A DNA stretch of 64,000 nucleotides from Candidatus Bathyarchaeota archaeon (GTDB lineage Archaea > Thermoproteota > Bathyarchaeia > Bathyarchaeales > Bathycorpusculaceae), in contig CAWFFH010000004.1 of NCBI GenBank assembly GCA_963815095.1, positions 128,001 to 192,000 of the forward strand, in the 5' to 3' direction. The position numbers and the translations under genes are program-made. Positions 1 through 10,110 of the stretch are shown in pieces. A model generated the notes under the pieces. The model saw nothing but the letters and a program-made list of their open reading frames with translations. It had not been told where the DNA came from and searched no databases. How positions within the stretch are numbered: position 1 is the first letter of the stretch; each line of letters starts with the position of its first letter.

Positions 1-815
1 CCTGCAGTTGTCCACGATGCTCCACAGAAACACCAAGAGGCTTAGAGAAAAAATCGCCCAATGAAAGGGAAGTTTTCTTAGCAGAACACAACTTGTATGT
101 TTGCCTTGCGGAACTCAAGAGCATAAAGCAAGCAATAAGAGATGGCAGGCTCTGGGAACACACCGAAATGCGAGTCCACGCCCACCCAGCATTACTCTCA
201 GCCCTTAAACACTTACGCAACCACGCAGGCTTCATAGAAAAATACAGCCCAACGGCAAAAACCAGTGGGTTTTTCTACTTCGACTCTGTGGGGCTAGCAC
301 GACCAGAAATTACTCATTACCGCAACCGTTTAACCGAACGATATTCCTCACCCGTAGACTTAAAGGTGCTTTTGCTTGTACCACAAACCCGAAACAAACC
401 TTTCCATAAAGCACCCGAATTCAAGAAAATCAGGCAACTATTCAGAAGTTTAGGTAAAGAACTTTCTGCTAAAGTTCATGTTTGCGTTTATTCGGCTCCG
501 TTTGGCTTGGTTCCCTTAGAGCTCGATGAGGTTTATCCTTTGTCTCAGCATGAAGCTTCGCATCCGTTTGATTTGGAAACCATAGAGTATGTTGCAAGCC
601 AAACTGCATGGTACATCATGCGTTCAAATTACGAGAGTGTGGTTTTGCTAAATGATCCCAAACATTGGGCAGACATTGTCAAAAAAACAGTTGCATCCGC
701 TTGTAGTGGCAAGGGTTTACCTTTTGACTCCGTCGACGCAAACGTGCAGGGGAGCAGAGAAATTTTTAGCCAATTAGAGAGTATTTTACGGGAGAAGTTG
801 ACTGCGCAAACTTAA
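1..815 (+). CDS. tgtA: Archaeosine tRNA-guanine transglycosylase, 5'-truncated by the window edge
   Basis: Frame is open from base 3: CSCPRC...EHNLY (TGT Zn-binding CxCxxC...H), then KQAIRDGRLWE..HAHP and the archaeal C-terminal region (PFGLVPLELDEVYP). Confidence 0.85.
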   Translation, partial: CSCPRCSTETPRGLEKKSPNEREVFLAEHNLYVCLAELKSIKQAIRDGRLWEHTEMRVHAHPALLSALKHLRNHAGFIEKYSPTAKTSGFFYFDSVGLARPEITHYRNRLTERYSSPVDLKVLLLVPQTRNKPFHKAPEFKKIRQLFRSLGKELSAKVHVCVYSAPFGLVPLELDEVYPLSQHEASHPFDLETIEYVASQTAWYIMRSNYESVVLLNDPKHWADIVKKTVASACSGKGLPFDSVDANVQGSREIFSQLESILREKLTAQT

Positions 816-871
816 CGCAAATAACTTGGGAAACTTTTTTTACCTGATCCGCCGAAGTATATTTAGTAAAC

Positions 872-1513
872 TTGCCCTGTTGTATTACTGGAGATGTAAA
901 TATAGAACCCATATTCGCCGATTTCCACATCCACTCAATTTACTCGGCAGACTCCGTTATCCAGCCTAAAACACTTATTGAAATGCTTACGGCGCACAGT
1001 TTTATTAAAGTTGCAGCTGTGACCGACCATGACAGTACACGCGGATGCAGAGCAACAGTCGAGTTAGCTTCCGCTTACCCGGACATCTTGATAATTCCAG
1101 GCGTGGAAATCAGCACCGTGGAGGGGGATATAGTGGTTTTGGGAACTTATGAGTTGCCGCCTAAACCTTGGACTCCTGAAGTCGTCGCTGATTTTGCACG
1201 GTCGGTTGGTGGCGTATCCATTGTGGCTCATCCCTTCAGGACATACGGCATGGGCGAACGCGCCCGAAATTACAAAGTGGATGCTATAGAAGTCTTAAAC
1301 GGCGGGTCCAGCCAAGAAGCGAATAAAGAAGCGAAGGAGTTTGCTAAAAGCTTAGGTTTGCCTGGTACCGCGGGAAGTGACGCCCATCAAGTTTCAGAAT
1401 TATTCAGCGTTTACAATAAGGTTGAGGCTTCTCTGGACGTGGATTCAGTTTTGAAGGCCATTAAGAATGGTTCTGTTTCTGCACAGACGAACCGAGGGTC
1501 AATACATTTTTAA
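872..1513 (+). CDS. PHP-domain metallo-phosphoesterase
   Basis: DFHIHSIYS, TDHD, GVEIS, AHP and GSDAH motifs. Start is uncertain (TTG 872, or ATA 902 behind GGAG). Confidence 0.85.
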   Translation: MPCCITGDVNIEPIFADFHIHSIYSADSVIQPKTLIEMLTAHSFIKVAAVTDHDSTRGCRATVELASAYPDILIIPGVEISTVEGDIVVLGTYELPPKPWTPEVVADFARSVGGVSIVAHPFRTYGMGERARNYKVDAIEVLNGGSSQEANKEAKEFAKSLGLPGTAGSDAHQVSELFSVYNKVEASLDVDSVLKAIKNGSVSAQTNRGSIHF

Positions 1514-1567
1514 AACAGCTTATTTCCTTTTTAATTGTTAAGTATCAAAGAATGTGGATTGGTCTGT

Positions 1568-2824
1568 TTGCAAATTGGATTTTTAGGTGGAGCACGCGAA
1601 GTCGGTAGAATTGGAGTAACCGTTAAAACAGAGAAGACGCAGGTTGTCTGCGATTACGGTGTTATGCTTGATAACGAGCCAGGTTTCCCGATGCATGTTC
1701 CCCCAAAAGATGTTGACGCAGTGATTTTGACTCATAGCCACCTAGATCATTCAGGGGCCATTCCCATTTTCTACATCAATGACAAAATGCCCCTATATAC
1801 AAACAAACTCAATTTGGAATTAACACAGCTTCTTGTGCAGGACTTTATTCACTTATCTGGTTACTATTTGCCCTTTGAATATCTTGAATTAAAAACTATG
1901 ATGAAAAACAACCATCACCTGGACTTTGGACAGGAAGAAACTGTGGGCGACATGAAACTGAAACTTTTCAACGCAGGTCACACTCCGGGAAGTGCGAGTG
2001 TGTTATTGGAAGGTGAGGGTAAGCGCTTTTTGTACACTGGAGATTTCAATTTGGAAGAAAGCAAACTTTTGCCGCCCGCATACATGGATTACGGGAACTT
2101 AGATGCAGTTGTTATTGAAAGCACTTACGCCGACGCCGACCACACTCCACGACCTGAGCTGGAAAAGCAATTCGTTGAAGCATGCACTGACGTGGTTGAA
2201 ACGGGTGGAACTGTTCTTGTTCCAGCATTTGGAGTAGGTCGCTCGCAAGAGATGGCAACTATCTTAGCTGCCCACCACTTCAAGCACCCAGTAATCTTAG
2301 ATGGCATGGCAAGAGAAGCTAGTCGAGTTATCATGAACTACAAGGAATTTCTCAGAGATCCCAAACTCTTCATGAATGCAATGCACTCTGCAGAGTGGGT
2401 TGAGGGATGGCGAGATAGACGTAAAGCCCTCAAGACTCCAGGAGTAATTATTTCCACTGCCGGCATGCTTAAAGGCGGACCAGCAGCATTCTACGTTTCA
2501 AAGCTTGGCAAAAGAGCCAACAACGCCGTTTTCCTTGTTAGCTATCAAATTCCAGGCACTCCTGGACGTGAACTCATGGAGAAAGGCGTCTGCACAATCG
2601 ATGGGCAAGTCCAGAAAATCAAAGCACATTACCGCCACTTCGATTTCTCGTCACACTGCGGTGCAAGCCTACTCAAAGAATCCTTAAAACGAATTGGCGG
2701 CAACCCCAAAGTTTTCGTTGTCCACGGCGCAGAAGGTAATTGTGAACTTTTCGCAAACTGGGCAAAAACCGATTTAGGGTTGGACGCTGTCGCCCCGCGA
2801 ACGGGAGAAACCTATCAAATATAG
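1568..2824 (+). CDS. beta-CASP MBL-fold ribonuclease (aCPSF2-like)
   Basis: FLGGAREVGR, THSHLDH, AGHTPG, YTGD, ESTY, FSSH and VHG motifs; no KH domains. Confidence 0.88.
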   Translation: MQIGFLGGAREVGRIGVTVKTEKTQVVCDYGVMLDNEPGFPMHVPPKDVDAVILTHSHLDHSGAIPIFYINDKMPLYTNKLNLELTQLLVQDFIHLSGYYLPFEYLELKTMMKNNHHLDFGQEETVGDMKLKLFNAGHTPGSASVLLEGEGKRFLYTGDFNLEESKLLPPAYMDYGNLDAVVIESTYADADHTPRPELEKQFVEACTDVVETGGTVLVPAFGVGRSQEMATILAAHHFKHPVILDGMAREASRVIMNYKEFLRDPKLFMNAMHSAEWVEGWRDRRKALKTPGVIISTAGMLKGGPAAFYVSKLGKRANNAVFLVSYQIPGTPGRELMEKGVCTIDGQVQKIKAHYRHFDFSSHCGASLLKESLKRIGGNPKVFVVHGAEGNCELFANWAKTDLGLDAVAPRTGETYQI

Positions 2825-2836
2825 GCCGCAAAAAAT

Positions 2837-3399
2837 ATGAAAGTCGGGATTTTGCAGGTTGGGCAAATTGCTCCCGAGGTTTTAGTTGGAATACAGAGGA
2901 TGGTTTAGTAAAAACTTTTCCTAACACCAGCGCCGCTGTAATCTCAGAAGTTTTGCCTGTTTCCCAAAACGCTTTTGATAAGAAACGCAACCAATACAAC
3001 TCCAACATTATCCTAAACGAAATCAAGATCTATGCCGCTAAAAACACAGATTTTAACCGCGTTTTAGGCATGGTGAACGCGGACATCTTCGCATCAGGCT
3101 TAAACTATGTGTTTGGTGAAGCCTTCACTCCAGGAAAAGCTGCGTTGATTTCGCTTTGGCGTCTAAAACCAGAATTCTACAAAGACAAATCAAATGTATC
3201 ACTTTACAAATTGCGGACGCTTAAGGAAGCAATTCACGAAGTGGGGCACACTTTGGGTGTGCGGCATTGTATCCACTCTTTTTGTGTAATGCATTTCTCT
3301 AACTCGATTTTTGACACTGATAAGAAGCAAAACTTATTGTGTGACGAATGTTACTTGCAAGCGGCAATAGCTATAGCCAATTTAAGGGAAGGCACGTGA
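2837..3399 (+). pseudogene. amzA: Archaemetzincin (M54 Zn protease), frameshifted near 2894-2899
   Basis: HEVGHTLGVRHC..CVM.FSNS...D.K....C..C motif. N-terminus MKVGILQVGQIAPEVLVGIQ starts at ATG 2837 in a different frame from the body. Confidence 0.8.
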
Positions 3400-4283
3400 C
3401 TGAGCAACCAAAACCACAAGAGAAAGAGGACAAATTCAAATTTGAAATTGTCTATTTGGTTCCATTACTTGCAAGCATGCTTTTCGGTTTAGGCTGCGCT
3501 TATCTGCTTGTACCCCAGCAGTCCGAAGCTATTCCTGTCACTCCCATTCCTGAAAGCATTCCCGGCGCACCGTTTGGCAACGCATTGTACTTTGTGGTCC
3601 TTATTGCTATAAGCGCATTCTTGTTCTATTTTCTGCTCAAAAGGAAAAGTAAAAACATAATCAAAGGCTTAATTGTGGTGGCGTTGACGATGGCGTCTTT
3701 GCTTTTGTCAGTGGTTTATTTGTCAGCAATTTTAGTGTATATTCCCCTCTTAGATAACATGTGGGTATTGATTAGTTTGTCCGTTATTTTGATGATCCTC
3801 TTTGACCTCTCTATTTTCCGCTTTGGAAGTATAGCTCGAAACGTTGCGGTTGTTGCCATTGGCGGCGCGTTAGGAATATTCTTTGCCTTCTCTATCCCTC
3901 TATACAGTGCAGTGATAATCCTCATTTTTCTGGCAATTTACGACGTTTTCGCGGTCTATAAGGGTCCAGTGGGCAAAATTGCGGCCTCAGGTCTTGACCA
4001 GTTGCAGGGTTTGAGTTTTTCCTTCAAGGATATCCAGATGGGTCTTGGCGATCTTGTATTCTACTCAATGCTTGTGGGAGTTATGTTCTTTAGTTACCAG
4101 CAAAGCATTCTGCCAACCATAATGGCGATTGTGGGCATCTTAGCAGGCTCTATCATAACCTTTTTCGCTTTAGAGAAAAAAAGTGTCTTCCCTGGTTTGC
4201 CGTTCCCAATTATGCTTGGATTAGCCGGTGGACTAATATCCGCTTTGATTTTGGGTTTACCTTTTCCAAACTCTTTTGTATAG
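3396..4283 (+). CDS. Presenilin-family intramembrane aspartyl protease (PSH)
   Basis: Multi-TM; YD and GLGD catalytic motifs, PGLP (PAL-like); GTGA overlap with the upstream stop. Confidence 0.88.
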   Translation: MTEQPKPQEKEDKFKFEIVYLVPLLASMLFGLGCAYLLVPQQSEAIPVTPIPESIPGAPFGNALYFVVLIAISAFLFYFLLKRKSKNIIKGLIVVALTMASLLLSVVYLSAILVYIPLLDNMWVLISLSVILMILFDLSIFRFGSIARNVAVVAIGGALGIFFAFSIPLYSAVIILIFLAIYDVFAVYKGPVGKIAASGLDQLQGLSFSFKDIQMGLGDLVFYSMLVGVMFFSYQQSILPTIMAIVGILAGSIITFFALEKKSVFPGLPFPIMLGLAGGLISALILGLPFPNSFV

Positions 4284-4375
4284 TTTTCGACCTTTTACGG
4301 TTTTTATCTAAATCATAAACGTTTAAAACTCTCTTCAAACCATAAACAACCGGTGTCTTTACGGAAAAATCAGCA

Positions 4376-5194
4376 GTGGCGATTGTTAAGGGCGAACGTG
4401 GGCATGAAGCCGTTTTTAAAGCATTAGATCTGATAGATTACGAATCTGCATTGGTTGGCTTTAAGAAGGTTCTAATCAAAGTCAACTTTATCACGACCAT
4501 GACTTGGGACACTGGGGCCACAACCGACCCAATAGTGGTTGAGGCGATAATTCAGCGTCTAAAGAAGCTGCCAGTGGAAATCTTTGTTGTAGAATCTGAT
4601 GCGACCATGACAAACGCGGACAAGGCCTTCGAAGCTACTGGCATGGCGGAGATGTGCAAGCAATATAGCGTAAAATGCCTAAACTTGCGTCATGAAAAAG
4701 ACAAGGTTAAAATTAAAATTCCCAATGGAGAATGCCTCAAAGACATAACCGTTCCCCGAATTGTGACGGAATCCGCCATAATTAGCGCTGCCAAAATGAA
4801 AACCCACATGGCAACCAAAGTTACGTTAGGCATGAAAAACATGTTTGGTATGTTACCTGACAAAATGAAGTTCAAGTACCACGCTCGTGGTATAAGCAAA
4901 GTCATAGTCGACGTAAACACCGTAATAAAACCAAATCTAACTGTAATTGATGGCTTCGTAGCCATGGAAGGACGTGGACCAACCGACGGCTCACCTGTCA
5001 AAATGGACCTTATTATCGCGGGAAAAGATCCTGTCGCAACTGACGCCACATGTGCACGAGTTATGGGATTAGATCCACACGAAATCAGCCATATACGCAC
5101 TGCTAATCAGAAGGGTATAGGTAATATTGATGAAATAGAAGTTGTGGGCTGCAGTATTGAAGAGGTTAAACGTTCCTTTAAAAAGGGCTGGTAG
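4376..5194 (+). CDS. DUF362 domain protein
   Basis: VLIKVN, TTDP, KMKTH, TLGMKNMFG, DG...MEGRGP and DPVATD motifs. Confidence 0.85.
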   Translation: MAIVKGERGHEAVFKALDLIDYESALVGFKKVLIKVNFITTMTWDTGATTDPIVVEAIIQRLKKLPVEIFVVESDATMTNADKAFEATGMAEMCKQYSVKCLNLRHEKDKVKIKIPNGECLKDITVPRIVTESAIISAAKMKTHMATKVTLGMKNMFGMLPDKMKFKYHARGISKVIVDVNTVIKPNLTVIDGFVAMEGRGPTDGSPVKMDLIIAGKDPVATDATCARVMGLDPHEISHIRTANQKGIGNIDEIEVVGCSIEEVKRSFKKGW

Positions 5195-5369
5195 ATCCCT
5201 ACCCGTAATAGGGCAACTCTTCTAGTAAATCGTTAAACTAATCACACGCCGAAATGAAGCGGTAGCGCCTTTTTTCGTTATATTGTATTTGTTGAATTTA
5301 TTGGCAATAACCAAAATAGCCTCTGAATCATTAACGCTTTAAATAACAATTATTGCTAAATGGATACAA

Positions 5370-6236
5370 GTGAAAACTCTAATGAGTCAACGACTGACGG
5401 TTTATTCTGATGGTGGGGCAAGAGGGAACCCTGGACCTGCAGCCATTGCCTTTCTTGCCCTAAACGAGCAAGGCGAAACTGTAAAAGCCGATACTCAATA
5501 CATCGGCATCCACACCAATAATCAGGCAGAGTACGAAGCCTTACTCTTAGCATTAAATTATGCCGTTGAAGTTAATGCGTCTGAAGTTGCCTGTTATCTT
5601 GACAGTGAACTTGTCACCAAACAACTTAATGGTGAATATGCTGTAAAAGATAACCTGCTTCAGCAGTATTGGCGCAAAGTCCGTGAAATCAAACCCTGTT
5701 TCAAAAAAATCAGTTTCTACAACGTGCGCAGAAGTCACCCTCAAATTCAATGCGCAGACGACTTGGTTAACGAAACACTGGATAAACAAACCAAGCTAAA
5801 GAATAATAGTTCATTTGAGTCTGTTAGAGAATCACCTGAGGGAAAGACAATGTTTGCTCATGTAAGCATCAGGATAAGCAACATGGAACGTTCCATCGAT
5901 TTTTACTCCAAATTCTTCGGCTTAAAACTTTTGAACCGAAGAGAAATTAAGCAAACCAATTCTGAAATCGCTTTTTTGCAAGATGCAGCGGGGAAAGGTT
6001 GCACGTTGGAATTAACCTTCTACCGCAATCAAACCAGGTTTGCTCAACCCGCTTACGAAGAGCGGTTGTTTGACCATTTAGGCTTCGAAGTTGCCGATAT
6101 GAACAAAACCCTTACAACTATGCGCAAAGAAAACGTAATAGTGACCGATGAACCATTCAAGCTTAACGAGAAAACGACCCTTGCCTTTATCGAAGACCCC
6201 GACGGTACACTCATTGAGTTAATTGAGCGAAAATAA
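5370..6236 (+). CDS. Ribonuclease HI fused to a VOC/glyoxalase domain
   Basis: N-terminal DGGARGNPG, TNNQAEY, LDS, ADDL; C-terminal H.SIR..NMERSIDFY, LELT, HLGFEV, DPDG.LIEL. Confidence 0.85.
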   Translation: MKTLMSQRLTVYSDGGARGNPGPAAIAFLALNEQGETVKADTQYIGIHTNNQAEYEALLLALNYAVEVNASEVACYLDSELVTKQLNGEYAVKDNLLQQYWRKVREIKPCFKKISFYNVRRSHPQIQCADDLVNETLDKQTKLKNNSSFESVRESPEGKTMFAHVSIRISNMERSIDFYSKFFGLKLLNRREIKQTNSEIAFLQDAAGKGCTLELTFYRNQTRFAQPAYEERLFDHLGFEVADMNKTLTTMRKENVIVTDEPFKLNEKTTLAFIEDPDGTLIELIERK

Positions 6237-6280
6237 AGTGTTCCGGATAGAACTTGTATTTGGTGTTGATTGAAAGAGCA

Positions 6281-6934
6281 TTATTTGTCTCTGCTAAAAA
6301 AGTAGATAAAAAGGCATTTCCAAGTTGCACCGGTTATCCTCAAGTTGGCTCGTAATGTGCCACCGATTCTGGGTTTACTGCGTCTAGCTGGAGCATCATA
6401 CTTTATCTCGCCAATCTTAAAACCCCTTTTTTTAGCAACAACCCACAGTTCACCGCCAAAAGTTTCACCACCCCTCAAGTTAGATGCCAGTGTTTCTTTT
6501 TTGTATACCCTAAAATTAGAATAAAAATCTGAAACGCCGCAAAGTTTGCCCAAAGTTTTAGAAGCAACCCGTTCAGAAAATCTGGGAACAACTTTTCGTG
6601 ATGCAACCACTAAATCATAAACACTCAATTTATCGACAAGGCTGAGTATGAGTTCGGGGCTGTTCTCTAAATCGGAATCAATGGTTACTATAACTGGGAA
6701 TTTTGCATGTTTTGTTCCAAACAGTAAACCTTTAGTTTGTCCTTCTCGAATTTTTCCAATAGCCACATCTGCAACGTTTCTGGAGACTTCGAGGGTTCCG
6801 TCCGATGAGCTGTCATCAACAACTATTATTTCGTTTGGAATGGTTTGAAGAGTTGTCCTTATTCTGCGAATTAGTTCCTCTATGTTTTCTCTTTCATTCC
6901 ACGTGGTGGTCACCACAGATACACCCTGGCTCAT
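6281..6934 (-). CDS. Glycosyltransferase family 2 (DPM synthase-like)
   Basis: VSVV.TTWNE.ENI, IIVVDDSSSDGT, DSD. Confidence 0.85.
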   Translation of the reverse strand: MSQGVSVVTTTWNERENIEELIRRIRTTLQTIPNEIIVVDDSSSDGTLEVSRNVADVAIGKIREGQTKGLLFGTKHAKFPVIVTIDSDLENSPELILSLVDKLSVYDLVVASRKVVPRFSERVASKTLGKLCGVSDFYSNFRVYKKETLASNLRGGETFGGELWVVAKKRGFKIGEIKYDAPARRSKPRIGGTLRANLRITGATWKCLFIYFFSRDK

Positions 6935-7164
6935 TCTTTTGTTAGCATCCTTGAATAGTCAATAACTTTCCGGATGTTATAAGCTGTTTTGTGGTTAAAT
7001 TATCGGAAAACTCGATTCGAATTAGTGTTCGGTTTTTTCTCTGATTCAGATGGTTTTTCGGTCATATTCCACACGAAAACAACATCGCAATATTAAAATA
7101 ATTGGAAGGACTGATGTGTTAACGAATTCCAAAAATTAGGATAAATTAATAGAGGCTATGAAAA

Positions 7165-8472
7165 ATGAGCAAACAAGAAGGAAAACCCCACCTAAACATT
7201 ATCATCATGGGGCACGTTGACAACGGAAAATCAACAACCACAGGACACTTACTTTACTTAGCAGGTGTTATCGACCAACGAACAATCGATGCTTACAAAG
7301 CCGAAGCCGAACAAATGGGCAAAACAACATTCCATTTCGCTTGGGTTTTAGACAACCTGAAGGAAGAACGAGAACGAGGTGTCACAATTGACCTTCGATT
7401 CCTGCAATTCCCAACCAAGAAATACAACATGACTGTTATTGATGCGCCAGGCCACAGAGACTTCATTAAAAACATGATCACGGGAGCAAGCCAAGCCGAT
7501 GCCGCAGTTCTTTTTAGCTCAGCTAAAAAAGGCGAGTTCGAAGCAGGAATTGGAGCAGGCGGTCAAACTCGTGAGCACGCATTCTTAGCATTCACTTTAG
7601 GTATACGTCAACTAATAGTTGCCATTAACAAGATGGATGATGCCTCCGTTAACTGGAGTAAAGATCGTTACGACGAAATGAAGAACGAAATCACAAGAAT
7701 GATCAAGATGGTTGGCTACAAGATTGAGAAAGTTAACTTCGTTCCGGTCTCTGGCTGGACAGGCGACAACTTGATCAAGAAGAGTGAAAAGATGCCATGG
7801 TACACAGGTCCAACTTTAATGGAAGCATTCGATCTTCTCGAGATTCCAGCAAAACCAACCAACAAACCACTCCGCATTCCAATCCAAGATGTTTACAGCA
7901 TCACAGGTATCGGTACAGTACCCGTTGGCAGAGTCGAAACAGGCATTCTAAAACCAGGTCAAACCCTTATCTTCATGCCATCAAATAAGACTGCTGAAAT
8001 TAAATCAATCGAAATGCACCATACACAAATCCCAATGGCTGAACCAGGCGATAACATCGGAATGAACGTTAGAGGCATCTCAAAGACTGATGTTCACCGC
8101 GGAGACGTTGCAGGTCCAGTGGACAACCCACCAACAGTCGCAAAAGAATTCATCGGACAAATCATCGTTATTTACCACCCAACAGCAATCGCAGCAGGAT
8201 ACACCCCAGTACTTCACTATCACACAGGACAAATCGCAGTTAAATTCACCGAACTAATCAAGAAAATTGATCCACGCACAGGCCAAGTATCCGAAGAGCA
8301 CCCGAGCTACCTCAAAACAGGAGACGCAGCATGGGTACGAATGGAACCACTTCACCCAATCGCAGTCGAAGCATTCATTGACTTCCCAGAACTCGGTAGA
8401 TTTGCAATACGAGACATGGGTACCACTGTTGCAGCAGGAGCAATCAAAGAAATCACCAAAAAGGGTCCATAA
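7165..8472 (+). CDS. tuf: Translation elongation factor EF-1 alpha
   Basis: GHVDNGKS, ERERGVTID, DAPGHRDF, NKMD, LGRFAIRDMG. Confidence 0.97.
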   Translation: MSKQEGKPHLNIIIMGHVDNGKSTTTGHLLYLAGVIDQRTIDAYKAEAEQMGKTTFHFAWVLDNLKEERERGVTIDLRFLQFPTKKYNMTVIDAPGHRDFIKNMITGASQADAAVLFSSAKKGEFEAGIGAGGQTREHAFLAFTLGIRQLIVAINKMDDASVNWSKDRYDEMKNEITRMIKMVGYKIEKVNFVPVSGWTGDNLIKKSEKMPWYTGPTLMEAFDLLEIPAKPTNKPLRIPIQDVYSITGIGTVPVGRVETGILKPGQTLIFMPSNKTAEIKSIEMHHTQIPMAEPGDNIGMNVRGISKTDVHRGDVAGPVDNPPTVAKEFIGQIIVIYHPTAIAAGYTPVLHYHTGQIAVKFTELIKKIDPRTGQVSEEHPSYLKTGDAAWVRMEPLHPIAVEAFIDFPELGRFAIRDMGTTVAAGAIKEITKKGP

Positions 8473-8505
8473 ACCCCTTTCATTTTATTTTTTGTTTATT
8501 TATTA
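8473..8505 (+). terminator. Oligo-T archaeal terminator after tuf
   Basis: ttttcattttattttttgtttattt immediately after the stop. Confidence 0.55.
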
Positions 8506-8667
8506 AATTATGTTTTCGAAAGAGCTCTGACTATTTAGTGTAACCTCTATTAAACACAACCTTTTCTTAAAAGATAACGTAAATTTTTTGTAGCTTGTTG
8601 TTGTATTATGGCAGTCACAAGTATTTTTATCGCGTGTTGGCAAGTGCTTTTTGTAAGGTGTGGACCA

Positions 8668-8817
8668 ATGGATCATCAAAATGGCTCAACTTGTTTAATA
8701 AAAAAGGAATCAGTAAAAGGTGAGGAAAGTTTGGATTATGTTTGCTTGAGCGATGTGCCTTTGGAAATAAGGCGAAAAGAAGCCAAAAAACCTTTGTTCC
8801 TTATTAGGTATGAGTAA
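8668..8817 (+). CDS. Small hypothetical protein (49 aa)
   Basis: AAGGTG SD 7 nt before ATG 8668; MDHQNGSTCLIKKE...LFLIRYE. Confidence 0.4.
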   Translation: MDHQNGSTCLIKKESVKGEESLDYVCLSDVPLEIRRKEAKKPLFLIRYE

Positions 8818-8964
8818 ACAATTTAGAGTGTCTTCATACTTTTAAATTTAGCAGTTTTAGCTTTGAATCTTTTATTTTCAATTTTATTTTTTGATTATTC
8901 TTTTAGGTGGGTAGCGGAAGTAAAATAAACCTCAAGTTCTGGTTACCTAAGCAGAGTTGATCGT

Positions 8965-9696
8965 ATGTCTGGCACCGAAACGTTGGTTCCCTTCATTGGT
9001 GAAAAAAAGAAACCTGGCGAAGAACCAACCATAATTATAGATAGCCGTGAGGCAAACAGCGCTGAAAAAATTGTCAAAGGTCTAGTTGAGAAGGGCGCAA
9101 GCGTAAAAACTGAAATGCTTGAGAAAGGCGACTACATCCTCTCTGACCAATGTGCAGTTGAACGTAAAACAGTCAACGACTTTGTCTACACTCTCACCAG
9201 ACGCTACCTCTTTGAACAACTCTTTAGGTTAAAAGATGTTTACCCAAAATCCCTCATAGTCCTCGAAGGTTATATGCCAATAGTTTTCAAGTACAGCAAG
9301 ATTTCGCCGCAAGCAATCTGGGGTGCCATGTTTAACCTTGCAAAAAACGGCATCGCTATAGTCAGCACTTCTTCGTACAAAGAAACCGTTGATTTCCTGT
9401 ACACAGCTGCCAAGCAGGAGCAAATTGTGGAGAAAAGAAGCGCGGTTGTTCATGCGTTCAAAAAATGTGACACCCTATCGGATGCTCAAGTCTATTTTAT
9501 CGCCAGTTTACCTAGCATTGGACGCGAAAAGGCGACGGCTATTTTAGATTCTTATCAGACACCACTTAACGCATTGATTAACGTGGACGATTGGGAGAAA
9601 GCTGTGAATGGTTTGGGTCCAGTAATTACAAATCGGGTAAAGGATGTTTTGAGTACGCCCTACAAGGATAAGAAATGTGAAGAAATTCAGCCGTAA
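8965..9696 (+). CDS. xpf: XPF/ERCC4 structure-specific nuclease (short form with HhH)
   Basis: IIDSRE, GDY, VERKT..DF; HhH motifs LPSIG and VNGLG. Confidence 0.88.
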   Translation: MSGTETLVPFIGEKKKPGEEPTIIIDSREANSAEKIVKGLVEKGASVKTEMLEKGDYILSDQCAVERKTVNDFVYTLTRRYLFEQLFRLKDVYPKSLIVLEGYMPIVFKYSKISPQAIWGAMFNLAKNGIAIVSTSSYKETVDFLYTAAKQEQIVEKRSAVVHAFKKCDTLSDAQVYFIASLPSIGREKATAILDSYQTPLNALINVDDWEKAVNGLGPVITNRVKDVLSTPYKDKKCEEIQP

Positions 9697-9798
9697 CTTT
9701 TTCATTGTATATTAAAACAAACCTTAACCGCTAAAGTTTAAAGCCAAGCCAACATTAATTTAAGAACCCGACCAAAAACAAAGCAAATATGTTGCTAT

Positions 9799-9876
9799 GG
9801 GGCCGTCGGCTAGTTTGGTCCAGGCTTGTAGCCTCGGGCGCTATAGACCCCGGTTCAAATCCGGGCGGCCCCACCA
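9799..9876 (+). tRNA. tRNA-Pro(CGG), intronless, CCA encoded
   Basis: Acceptor GGGGCCG/CGGCCCC + ACCA; anticodon arm GTAGC-CTCGGGC-GCTAT; T arm CCCGG-TTCAAAT-CCGGG. Confidence 0.95.
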
Positions 9877-10110
9877 TACTTAACCCTTTTGTGCTATTTT
9901 TCTCAAGGATTGATTGATAGGTTTTTAGATATTTATTGTGTGTGGGTTATGAAATCCATCTTAAAGTTGGCGATTCCTGTATTTGTGTTGTACTGTTGTT
10001 TCGTTAGTTTGTTGTATTGTTGCATAAGTGGTCTGTGTTTGATTGGTCCAGTGTGAATTTATATATTACGATTCATGATACGATGCATTAAGGGAGCTAA
10101 AGAGAATAAA

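Noticed and set aside
7165-8472. EF-1alpha GHVDNGKS variant and absence of adjacent rps10/fusA
   Set aside because: All GTPase motifs are intact; I recall the Asn variant in other TACK archaea, and operon splitting is unremarkable.
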